Positions 8,268 through 14,316 of a stretch of 28,913 nucleotides of DNA are shown piece after piece. Both the position numbers and the translations under genes were made by a program. Origin of the DNA: a virus. Its lineage: Duplodnaviria; Caudoviricetes. Under the pieces are notes generated by a model. It did not search any database and had not been told where the DNA came from. It was given only the letters and a program-made list of their open reading frames with translations. The DNA lies in IMG/VR virus record IMGVR_UViG_3300037478_000328, positions 1-28,913 of that record; one strand, 5' to 3'. How positions within the stretch are numbered: position 1 is the first letter of the stretch; each line of letters begins with the position of its first letter.

Positions 8268-8974
8268 AGCTTCTCCGGTGGGCAGTTTCCTGGGTCCTCT
8301 TCGGGTGAGAAGAGGTGGCTCAAAACGATTGACGGCTTGCCTAGGGCGTGAAGCTGTAGAGCTATCTGGCATGACTTGTGCAGCAGGTCTCCGTCTAGGA
8401 GAATTATGTAGCGGTCGACATACTGGTTCAAGACATCAGCTTGGGCTGGGTGTAGGCCACAACCCAAGAGAGCTACGGGAATGGGGGCGGTTACGGGTTT
8501 TATGTTGGTTGCCATGCTCCCAAAAACACCACGCTCTAAGCTAAACTCGCCGGGGAAAGCATCGGCGACAACCATGCTGTTGTAGACGGCGTGAACATCG
8601 AAGATTCCTTCAACTAAGATGCAGGTTCTGGAGGACTTTAGCCACCGCCAGCATCTATTGTAGACGGCCCCTCCTGTTTGTGGGAGACCTTTGATTGAGT
8701 ACTTCTTTGTCTTGATATCCCTAGTTATTGTTGTGTACTTGCCTTCCAACAAAGGACTTCCAAAAGTAACTGAAAAGCGCTCATTTCCGCTAGCGCCCCA
8801 CTTCTCGTAGTTGGGGTTTTTCTCTGAGCCACTTTCGTACCACAGGTTTACATGCCGGTTGAACAAGTATTCTTTTAGTTCTTTGGCTACCGTTGGATTC
8901 ATGCTGCCATCCGTAGGAGTTGCCCAGTGACCAGGACCCCCGAAGCCAGCAAGTATCCTAGTCATGTCCTCCAT
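8237..8974 (-). CDS. DnaG-like primase (TOPRIM) without an evident zinc-binding domain
   Basis: EYLFNR, CILVEGIFD, VALLG, IILLDGD, EDPG TOPRIM motifs; start uncertain (9025, 8974 or 8965). Confidence 0.8.
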   Translation of the reverse strand: MEDMTRILAGFGGPGHWATPTDGSMNPTVAKELKEYLFNRHVNLWYESGSEKNPNYEKWGASGNERFSVTFGSPLLEGKYTTITRDIKTKKYSIKGLPQTGGAVYNRCWRWLKSSRTCILVEGIFDVHAVYNSMVVADAFPGEFSLERGVFGSMATNIKPVTAPIPVALLGCGLHPAQADVLNQYVDRYIILLDGDLLHKSCQIALQLHALGKPSIVLSHLFSPEEDPGNCPPEKLWSIIQNGII

Positions 8975-9063
8975 GGCACCCCTTCTCCAGCGGACAGCTA
9001 CGGCACGCTCTGCTGCTGTAGTCATAGTGCTTTTTGAAGCACCAGTAAAGACGGAAAATCTCC

Positions 9064-9273
9064 TCAGAAGCCCCGTCGTCTGAGGTTGAGGAAGTCTGAG
9101 AAGATTTCGTCGAAGTCTCTGGGTTGGAATCCGTCAAAGCTAACTCCTTCCAGGGTGGACCACCAGTATACCAGGTCGTCTCGGTTTTCCTCAACGTCTT
9201 TCCGGGGGGCAGAGAGAAGCAGCCGAGTTTTTTGCCACGTCTTCGGGGTTCTGTTCCGGTGTTTAAACATCAT
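9064..9273 (-). CDS. hypothetical protein
   Basis: 69-aa ORF overlapping the upstream stop. Confidence 0.5.
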   Translation of the reverse strand: MMFKHRNRTPKTWQKTRLLLSAPRKDVEENRDDLVYWWSTLEGVSFDGFQPRDFDEIFSDFLNLRRRGF

Positions 9274-9589
9274 TGTGTATGCCCACTGCTGTTTCGGCGT
9301 CCTCTACAAACGCGGCAATCTCGCGCTGAAAGATCCGCAGCCAAGCACTAACCTCAGGGGAATCAGGACGCCGGGGGAAGCGCCCACCGATACCGAACAT
9401 GCGGATTAGCTCCCCGAGCATGAGCCCGCCCACCGAAGCCGCCTCCGCTGCTGGATTGAGCGGGGCACTTTCAATGCCGCCTGCCTTCGTGTAGACATTG
9501 AGCAGCCGCCGCCTTACGGCTGCCATTTCTGGGTCGAGGTCGGCCATGGTGGTTAGCCAGGCCGTGGTGAAGCTCTGCTCTTCAGACAT
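9263..9589 (-). CDS. hypothetical protein
   Basis: Start placed at ATG 9589, 4 nt after the stop of the 24-aa peptide ORF. Confidence 0.55.
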   Translation of the reverse strand: MSEEQSFTTAWLTTMADLDPEMAAVRRRLLNVYTKAGGIESAPLNPAAEAASVGGLMLGELIRMFGIGGRFPRRPDSPEVSAWLRIFQREIAAFVEDAETAVGIHNDV

Positions 9590-9593
9590 TAGA

Positions 9594-9668
9594 TTAGTCA
9601 TCCTTTGAGAGTAGGTAGAGAAGCCACAGGACCGCCGCGAGGCCAAAAATGGCAAAGGCTATAGTCAT
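9594..9668 (-). CDS. 24-aa single-transmembrane micropeptide
   Basis: MTIAFAIFGLAAVLWLLYLLSKDD; ATGA overlap with the upstream stop, fills the gap exactly. Confidence 0.55.
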   Translation of the reverse strand: MTIAFAIFGLAAVLWLLYLLSKDD

Positions 9669-10048
9669 ACCTCAGGATCCGAGGTAGGACCAATGTACTT
9701 GGTTCCCTCCCAGTTATTCTCGTAGTCGTGGCGATCTTGCCACTCATAAAGGGTTATTTGAATCTTTTTGGTGGCGGGAATACCCGAAGCATTTAACACC
9801 TCTGCCAGCTTTTCGAAAGGGAGCCAAACATTCGGTGAGCACCATTTTCCTTGGCGTATCGTGAGACAAGAAACAGGAGATTCCTCCATTTCTGGGTCAT
9901 ACAAACTATCTGGGATCAAGCATCCCACAGCACACTTTTTTCCTTGCTCTGTTCGAAACACACAATTTCGAGTATCGTCGTCAACGGCTCTTCCGGTTCC
10001 GTCTAGGAGCCGAGCCCGGATCTTGTCGTTTATTTCGGCTAGAGTCAT
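9665..10048 (-). CDS. hypothetical phage protein
   Basis: CVFRTEQGKKCAVGCLIPD...QDRHD motif seen in phage proteins; GGAGG SD. Confidence 0.7.
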   Translation of the reverse strand: MTLAEINDKIRARLLDGTGRAVDDDTRNCVFRTEQGKKCAVGCLIPDSLYDPEMEESPVSCLTIRQGKWCSPNVWLPFEKLAEVLNASGIPATKKIQITLYEWQDRHDYENNWEGTKYIGPTSDPEV

Positions 10049-10260
10049 TATTCCTCCCCCAGCACTTCTGTACCTAAAGCGTCATCCCAAATAACTCCAG
10101 AGTAGTTCACTAGCTCCTTTACTGTCTTAGGTTCTTGCTTATCGGTAATGCTCTTTTTCCATATCTGGATAGCACTAATTATGTCGTTTGCAAGGACTAG
10201 AATCTTCTCATCTTCGTAGCAAGAGACACAAAAAACCTTGCGCTGGTATATAATACTCAT
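10048..10260 (-). CDS. hypothetical protein
   Basis: Start ATG 10260 with AAGGA SD right after the tRNA CCA; longer ORF call runs into the tRNA. Confidence 0.6.
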   Translation of the reverse strand: MSIIYQRKVFCVSCYEDEKILVLANDIISAIQIWKKSITDKQEPKTVKELVNYSGVIWDDALGTEVLGEE

Positions 10261-10275
10261 AGCGTCTTTTCCTTT

Positions 10276-10363
10276 TGGTACCGGAACCGGGAGTCGAACC
10301 CGGACGGCCACTTAAGGCCAGCAGAGTTTAAGTCTGCCGCGTCTACCATTCCGCCATTCCGGT
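10276..10363 (-). tRNA. tRNA-Leu (anticodon TAA)
   Basis: Acceptor ACCGGAA/TTCCGGT, D arm with TGGTA, anticodon stem GCAGA/TCTGC with loop CT-TAA-AC, long variable arm GGCC/GGCC, T arm CCGGG-TTCGACT-CCCGG, discriminator A, encoded CCA. Confidence 0.95.
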
Positions 10364-10376
10364 GTTTAAACGGCCT

Positions 10377-10649
10377 CTAAGACTTTTTCCGAAAGAGCTT
10401 CTCTTCCATAAACTCAACATCTAGTCCTTCTAGGTCTGCAATTATTTGGTTCACCAGGTTACGGATCTTCAAGGCTCGGTGCCGTCCTTCGTTATTTATG
10501 TTATTAGCATACTGGAGAACAACAATTGCTTTTTGTCCAGACCATGCTAGCTCGACCAGTTCCCGAAATGGGCTGGAAGACCCAAACTCGTCGTTCATCC
10601 ATGCGTCCATTTCGTCACAGATTTCATCGAAAGTCCTAGGGGTGTCCAT
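10377..10649 (-). CDS. hypothetical protein
   Basis: Start placed at ATG 10649 (MDTPRTFDEI) with GGGGA upstream. Confidence 0.55.
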   Translation of the reverse strand: MDTPRTFDEICDEMDAWMNDEFGSSSPFRELVELAWSGQKAIVVLQYANNINNEGRHRALKIRNLVNQIIADLEGLDVEFMEEKLFRKKS

Positions 10650-10806
10650 CGTCCCCCGCATCGAAAGGGTCAGGGGTAGGGAACAGCCGCCCCAACACGG
10701 ATGCTCCAATTACCGGGACCAGAAGGACCAGAAACACAAACGTCCACATAGGAAGCAGCAAAAGGTCCGCCGCCCACGTGGCCCACCAACGGATGCTGTT
10801 ACGCAT
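10636..10806 (-). CDS. 56-aa putative membrane protein
   Basis: My translation MRNSIRWWATWAADLLLLPMWTFVFLVLLVPVIGASVLGRLFP...; overlaps both neighbours. Confidence 0.5.
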   Translation of the reverse strand: MRNSIRWWATWAADLLLLPMWTFVFLVLLVPVIGASVLGRLFPTPDPFDAGDDGHP

Positions 10807-11092
10807 TTTTGTTCGCCTCCCATTGAGGAATGATTACCTCGTCAATGTACTTGAGTACCTCTGAGTTTGACCAGTCCTTTTGTCTTTGTTCCTCCTGGGC
10901 GTCGTTTAGCTTAGCTAGCTGAGTCTCCATTGCTACAGTCATCCAGGAGGGGCGTTTTTCGTGGAGGTGGGTTGACGAGGTATGCTTGGGGAAAATATCC
11001 GTTAAACAGCCATAAACCCCTAAAATCCGGCCCCTCTCAAACTTCCCAGACACCAGCGCAGCCCTCCACTCAGCGGGGGTAGGTTCGGTCAT
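10799..11092 (-). CDS. hypothetical phage protein, paralog 3
   Basis: PTPAEWRAALVSG...RPSWMT...VLKYIDEVIIPQW; GGAGG SD. Confidence 0.75.
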   Translation of the reverse strand: MTEPTPAEWRAALVSGKFERGRILGVYGCLTDIFPKHTSSTHLHEKRPSWMTVAMETQLAKLNDAQEEQRQKDWSNSEVLKYIDEVIIPQWEANKNA

Positions 11093-11204
11093 TGTGATCT
11101 TCCTCCCTCTTCTCTTCTACTAGCCAACTCAACTCCTCGTCGTCAAACAACAGGTCGGGGGGGACATCCGTGGTTTTCCAGGCGTCATAGTCCGGTAAGT
11201 CCAT
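11070..11204 (-). CDS. 44-aa acidic protein
   Basis: My translation MDLPDYDAWKTTDVPPDLLFDDEELSW...; starts 1 nt after the upstream stop. Confidence 0.5.
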   Translation of the reverse strand: MDLPDYDAWKTTDVPPDLLFDDEELSWLVEEKREEDHNDRTYPR

Positions 11205-11205
11205 C

Positions 11206-11451
11206 TTAGACAATCCTTTCGCAAAACTTGGTCAGCTTTTCGGCCAGGGCCGACCTAGGGTCTAGGAGGGGGAAAGGGCTGTGTCCGCCTTCGGTATCCT
11301 CCTCGATTGCGTCGCGAATAGCCCATGCCTCCGCTTCGGTTAGCTCGTTGTCCCCTTCGTCGAGGGGGAGAAGGGCGGTTGACCAGCCGTAGCGTCTCCC
11401 GACCCAGGCGATCGTCTCTACGTCTTCGGGGGTCAGGTTGAGATTGTACAC
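11206..11451 (-). CDS. hypothetical protein
   Basis: 81-aa acidic ORF, GTG start, tight packing. Confidence 0.6.
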   Translation of the reverse strand: MYNLNLTPEDVETIAWVGRRYGWSTALLPLDEGDNELTEAEAWAIRDAIEEDTEGGHSPFPLLDPRSALAEKLTKFCERIV

Positions 11452-11609
11452 TTAGAGTTGACCCCCGTTTTGGTGGTAGTTGTGACGATGATGGTAACAC
11501 TGCCATCATCCTCTAGACTGATTTCCGTTACCTCTGAGTTTGAACCAACGTACCATTCGCGTAGTAGCATGGCTATTTCTCTGGCCAACTTACATGCTGC
11601 GTCTGACAT
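11433..11609 (-). CDS. hypothetical protein
   Basis: ATG 11609 with GGAGG SD. Confidence 0.5.
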   Translation of the reverse strand: MSDAACKLAREIAMLLREWYVGSNSEVTEISLEDDGSVTIIVTTTTKTGVNSKCTIST

Positions 11610-11610
11610 G

Positions 11611-11790
11611 TTACATGTCCTCCATAAACCTTTCCAGCGCCCCACGGATCCCCATAAGACGATCCGCCTTTTCGGCAGCCTCCGCGTCGCCCCTTAGCGT
11701 CTCCTCACGACGCCACCAGCCGCGCGCCTCGTCTAGCACGTACCATCCGTGGTCCCTTAGTGCCTTTTGCTGTTCTGGGGTTAGCCACAT
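11611..11790 (-). CDS. hypothetical protein
   Basis: Start placed at ATG 11790 (MWLTPEQQ). Confidence 0.5.
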   Translation of the reverse strand: MWLTPEQQKALRDHGWYVLDEARGWWRREETLRGDAEAAEKADRLMGIRGALERFMEDM

Positions 11791-11815
11791 TGTTTTATTG
11801 AATCCCTTTCTGAGA

Positions 11816-12049
11816 CTAGATCGTCTGGTCCCCGTTATCCTCGGCCTCACATACCGCGCGGAGAAGATCGTCTCCGAGCTTTCTCCAAATCTTGCTTTCC
11901 CTCGGGTCATCAGAAGCCGCCTCGCAGCGGTTCGCGTCGTCGTGACACTGGTTCGCGATAGCCAGAAGCACCGTCACGGTGTCGTAAAGAGACGTGATGC
12001 CACGAAGCGCCGCGAGCGCGCTGCCGACCGGACTTTTGGTTTCATTCAT
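11816..12049 (-). CDS. hypothetical protein
   Basis: AAGGA SD, ATGA overlap with the upstream gene. Confidence 0.55.
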   Translation of the reverse strand: MNETKSPVGSALAALRGITSLYDTVTVLLAIANQCHDDANRCEAASDDPRESKIWRKLGDDLLRAVCEAEDNGDQTI

Positions 12050-12243
12050 GGTTTGGACTTCCTTTCGGAGATGCGCTTAACGCACGCTGCCTGAATCCAG
12101 TTACGCTGAGCCTTTCCAGGGTCGCCCTTAATGGCGATCATAGAAAACTCCGCGTATGCTTGGGGGAGACGGTAAAGCTCCTCAACCCGTTTAAACGGGA
12201 GTGCCATCGTCCCAAGAGCACTCATTGCCTCTCTTTCAGTCAT
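12046..12243 (-). CDS. hypothetical protein
   Basis: AAAGGAAG SD upstream of ATG 12243. Confidence 0.55.
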   Translation of the reverse strand: MTEREAMSALGTMALPFKRVEELYRLPQAYAEFSMIAIKGDPGKAQRNWIQAACVKRISERKSKP

Positions 12244-12278
12244 AGAAGTCACTTCCTTTTTGCGTGCTAGTGTCGGAC

Positions 12279-12296
12279 GCCGTGTTTAAACACGGC
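12279..12296. repeat. perfect 18-bp palindrome GCCGTGTTTAAACACGGC
   Basis: Read directly; contains the recurring GTTTAAAC core. Confidence 0.9.
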
Positions 12297-12315
12297 AAAA
12301 AACTGAGAAATTTTT

Positions 12316-12377
12316 GAACAAATGTTCGTTCAAAGATTGAATTAACGGTCATTCAAAGATTGAACGAATATTCGTTT
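12316..12377. repeat. long imperfect inverted repeat with internal direct repeat TTCAAAGATTGAA x2
   Basis: 27-bp arms (12316-12342, 12351-12377), 21/27 complementary. Confidence 0.8.
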
Positions 12378-12389
12378 GGGGTTGGTTTC
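12373..12389. repeat. 17-bp inverted repeat, copy 1 (partner 13190..13206)
   Basis: CGTTTGGGGTTGGTTTC is the exact reverse complement of GAAACCAACCCCAAACG. Confidence 0.92.
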
Positions 12390-12395
12390 GGGGGG

Positions 12396-12411
12396 AGATA
12401 GCCCGGCTATC
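12396..12411. repeat. palindromic motif AGATAGCCCGGCTATC, copy 1
   Basis: Identical 16-mer at 13947..13962. Confidence 0.9.
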
Positions 12412-13161
12412 CTAGGCGGCTTCAGCCTTCGCCTTCGACCGCTTAACCTCGCCGTCAAGCTGATCGAGGTTGAGAACGGTGCCGCTGGCATCCCGGGGGC
12501 GGAGACCCTGGCCACACTCGGAGCATGAGCCGGGGAACCGCTTGAGGTATGCCGCCCACCCTTCGCGGGAGAAGCGGACCTTGACGGCCGGGACCGTCTT
12601 GCCGTTCTTTTCTGCCTTGCACTCGCAGTACCCGAGCACCAGCCGGGTAGTCTGAGGCGCCTTCCGAAGCTCCGCGTTTAAACGGGGGTGCGGGTAGGCG
12701 CCCGGGACACGTTCGGACAAGGCATCCAAGGCATCCCGGAGCGGGGGAAGGACGAGGAGCCCACCGGTCGGGGAGACCGGGTTAGAGAAGCCGCGTCCTT
12801 CCATCTTCTTGAACCCGATGGACTTGGCCAGAGTGGGGAAGGGAGCCTTGAACCCCTTTTCGACCCCGGTCTGAACCTGGAGAAGCGAATGGAGGATCGC
12901 GCCGAGAATCGTGCTAGTCTCCGTCTCCTCTCCGAGCATCGGGTTCAAGAAAAGCTGAACCCGTCCGTCCCCGGCCAAGTCCGACGGCCAAACCTGGCAG
13001 AGACGCTGAGAATTCGCCGACCTTCCGCCTGCATCGGGAAACCCGACGTTGGCACGGATCCGATCGCCCTTTACCTCCGAGAGATATGAGGAGAATTCGG
13101 CCGAAAGAAGATCAATTGAGGCTTCGATCCATTCGATTGCAGCCTGTGAGTTACCATACAT
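12412..13161 (-). CDS. SprT-like zincin-fold protein with degenerate active site and C-terminal Cys cluster
   Basis: IRANVGFP...CQVW...DGRVQLFLNP...ILGAILHSLLQ...GAYPH...QTTRL..CEC...CSEC follows phage SprT-like proteins; HExxH reads HSLLQ; start ATG 13161. Confidence 0.7.
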   Translation of the reverse strand: MYGNSQAAIEWIEASIDLLSAEFSSYLSEVKGDRIRANVGFPDAGGRSANSQRLCQVWPSDLAGDGRVQLFLNPMLGEETETSTILGAILHSLLQVQTGVEKGFKAPFPTLAKSIGFKKMEGRGFSNPVSPTGGLLVLPPLRDALDALSERVPGAYPHPRLNAELRKAPQTTRLVLGYCECKAEKNGKTVPAVKVRFSREGWAAYLKRFPGSCSECGQGLRPRDASGTVLNLDQLDGEVKRSKAKAEAA

Positions 13162-13198
13162 GTTGGTTTCACCTTGAGTTAGAGGGGGTGAAACCAAC
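13162..13198 (-). promoter_or_regulatory. RBS-sequestering 12-bp hairpin
   Basis: mRNA GUUGGUUUCACC-13 nt-GGUGAAACCAAC-AUG; the SD-like AAGGUGA lies mostly in the 3' arm. Confidence 0.75.
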
Positions 13199-13206
13199 CC
13201 CAAACG
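13190..13206. repeat. 17-bp inverted repeat, copy 2 (partner 12373..12389)
   Basis: GAAACCAACCCCAAACG read directly. Confidence 0.92.
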
Positions 13207-13290
13207 TGTAAGTTTTCAATGAACGGTTTGTTGCATTTTGAAACACTTAAGTAACAACTAACTTAGGTGCCCAAATGTGCAACGAGGGGA

Positions 13291-13414
13291 GCCAGGTTGT
13301 TACTACACCTGTAGTACCTTGTAAGTCATTACCCAGCAACAACTTACAACCTAGGCCTCATCAGGCAACGTAACACGTTGCGACAAGGGATCTTAGCTTA
13401 CGCGGACCCCTTGT
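13291..13414 (-). ncRNA. candidate structured RNA leader (four adjacent hairpins)
   Basis: Stems 13301-13316, 13319-13349, 13365-13381, 13383-13414; all three internal mismatches become G-U on the minus strand. Confidence 0.4.
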
Positions 13415-13430
13415 TTCGGCCTCTAATTCG

Positions 13431-13625
13431 CTACCTGAAATCGCCGTGCTGGTCAAGCCAGGTGAGGAGAATGTAAGCATCGTCCTCGTCAAAGCGAAGG
13501 TCACCAGGTGACCGAAGGGGAGGAAGGGAAGCGGACAGCCGCGCCACCGCCCGCTCCCGCTCCTCGGCCCTTGCGATCCGCTCGGCCAGTCCGCCCTTGT
13601 CGATCCGGTCCAGGTTCTCTTTCAT
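13431..13625 (-). CDS. hypothetical protein, first gene of the leftward arm
   Basis: GGAGG SD 5 nt before ATG 13625; downstream of the sigma54-like promoter. Confidence 0.55.
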   Translation of the reverse strand: MKENLDRIDKGGLAERIARAEERERAVARLSASLPPLRSPGDLRFDEDDAYILLTWLDQHGDFR

Positions 13626-13719
13626 GGGATCCTCCGCTATCATCGTACCATGGGGGGAGGAAGGAAGTCAAAGGGGAAATCCTCTGAACCTACCGCCCCC
13701 GCCGACGGAGTAAGAAGGA

Positions 13720-13735
13720 TGCAAGGCACGTGCCA
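13720..13735 (-). promoter_or_regulatory. sigma54-type -24/-12 promoter
   Basis: TGGCAC-GTGCC-TTGCA matches TGGCAC-N5-TTGC(A/T) exactly. Confidence 0.7.
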
Positions 13736-13804
13736 AGGCTCTAGGGGCAGAGGATCGGGGGGAGAGGGCACAAAGGCCCGCAAAATGCAAGCGCATATCG
13801 TGCA

Positions 13805-13820
13805 ATCAAGGATCGTGCCA
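13805..13820 (-). promoter_or_regulatory. second sigma54-like site (imperfect -12)
   Basis: TGGCAC-GATCC-TTGAT. Confidence 0.45.
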
Positions 13821-13945
13821 AGAAAAAAGGCTGAAAAGAACCCCCAGGGGGTCCCCCCGGTGGCACGAAATATGATTCTTTAAGCCCCCTATGTAGTCCC
13901 CCCCAAAATTTCCCCCTCCTCCTAATCCCATGTAAAACAAGGACT

Positions 13946-13964
13946 TAGATAGCCCGGCTATCTA
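13946..13964. repeat. palindromic motif TAGATAGCC-C-GGCTATCTA, copy 2
   Basis: 9-bp perfect arms around one base; core identical to 12396..12411. Confidence 0.9.
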
Positions 13965-14316
13965 GAGGCCTACGGAGCCCCCGCCACGCCTCCGGCAGAT
14001 CTGTTCCTCTCTACCCTCTATAACTATATACTAATAAATAATTTAACCCCCCTAGGTCCTTGGAAACGCCAAGGTCGTGACCCCGGTAGCCACCGGCTTT
14101 CTATAACTAGTGCCGCGTGACATGGGGCTTAGGGAGGTACTTATCCCGTTGTCCTATAACATTTTAATCCCCCAAAAACTTTTTTCATACCACCACAAAA
14201 AAAGTTTTTCAGCACCTAAAGCTAAGCCTCCCAACCACATAACCACCCCCCAGAGCCCTCTGTCACGCGCACTATATTATGAGAGGTATATCTAACCCAT
14301 ACGAGGACCTTCTGTT

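Noticed and set aside
1-8400. Apparent abundance of CTAG
   Set aside because: A rough count is near random expectation; it is merely not depleted
12279-12302. Rho-independent terminator
   Set aside because: On the transcribed minus strand the U run precedes the stem, and on the plus strand an A run follows it
542-13089. Plus-strand ORFs across the left arm
   Set aside because: All lie antisense to a tightly coupled minus-strand operon and lack motifs
13650-14295. ORFs 13650..13883 and 14110..14295
   Set aside because: Low-complexity translations overlapping promoter-like and palindromic elements; probably non-coding
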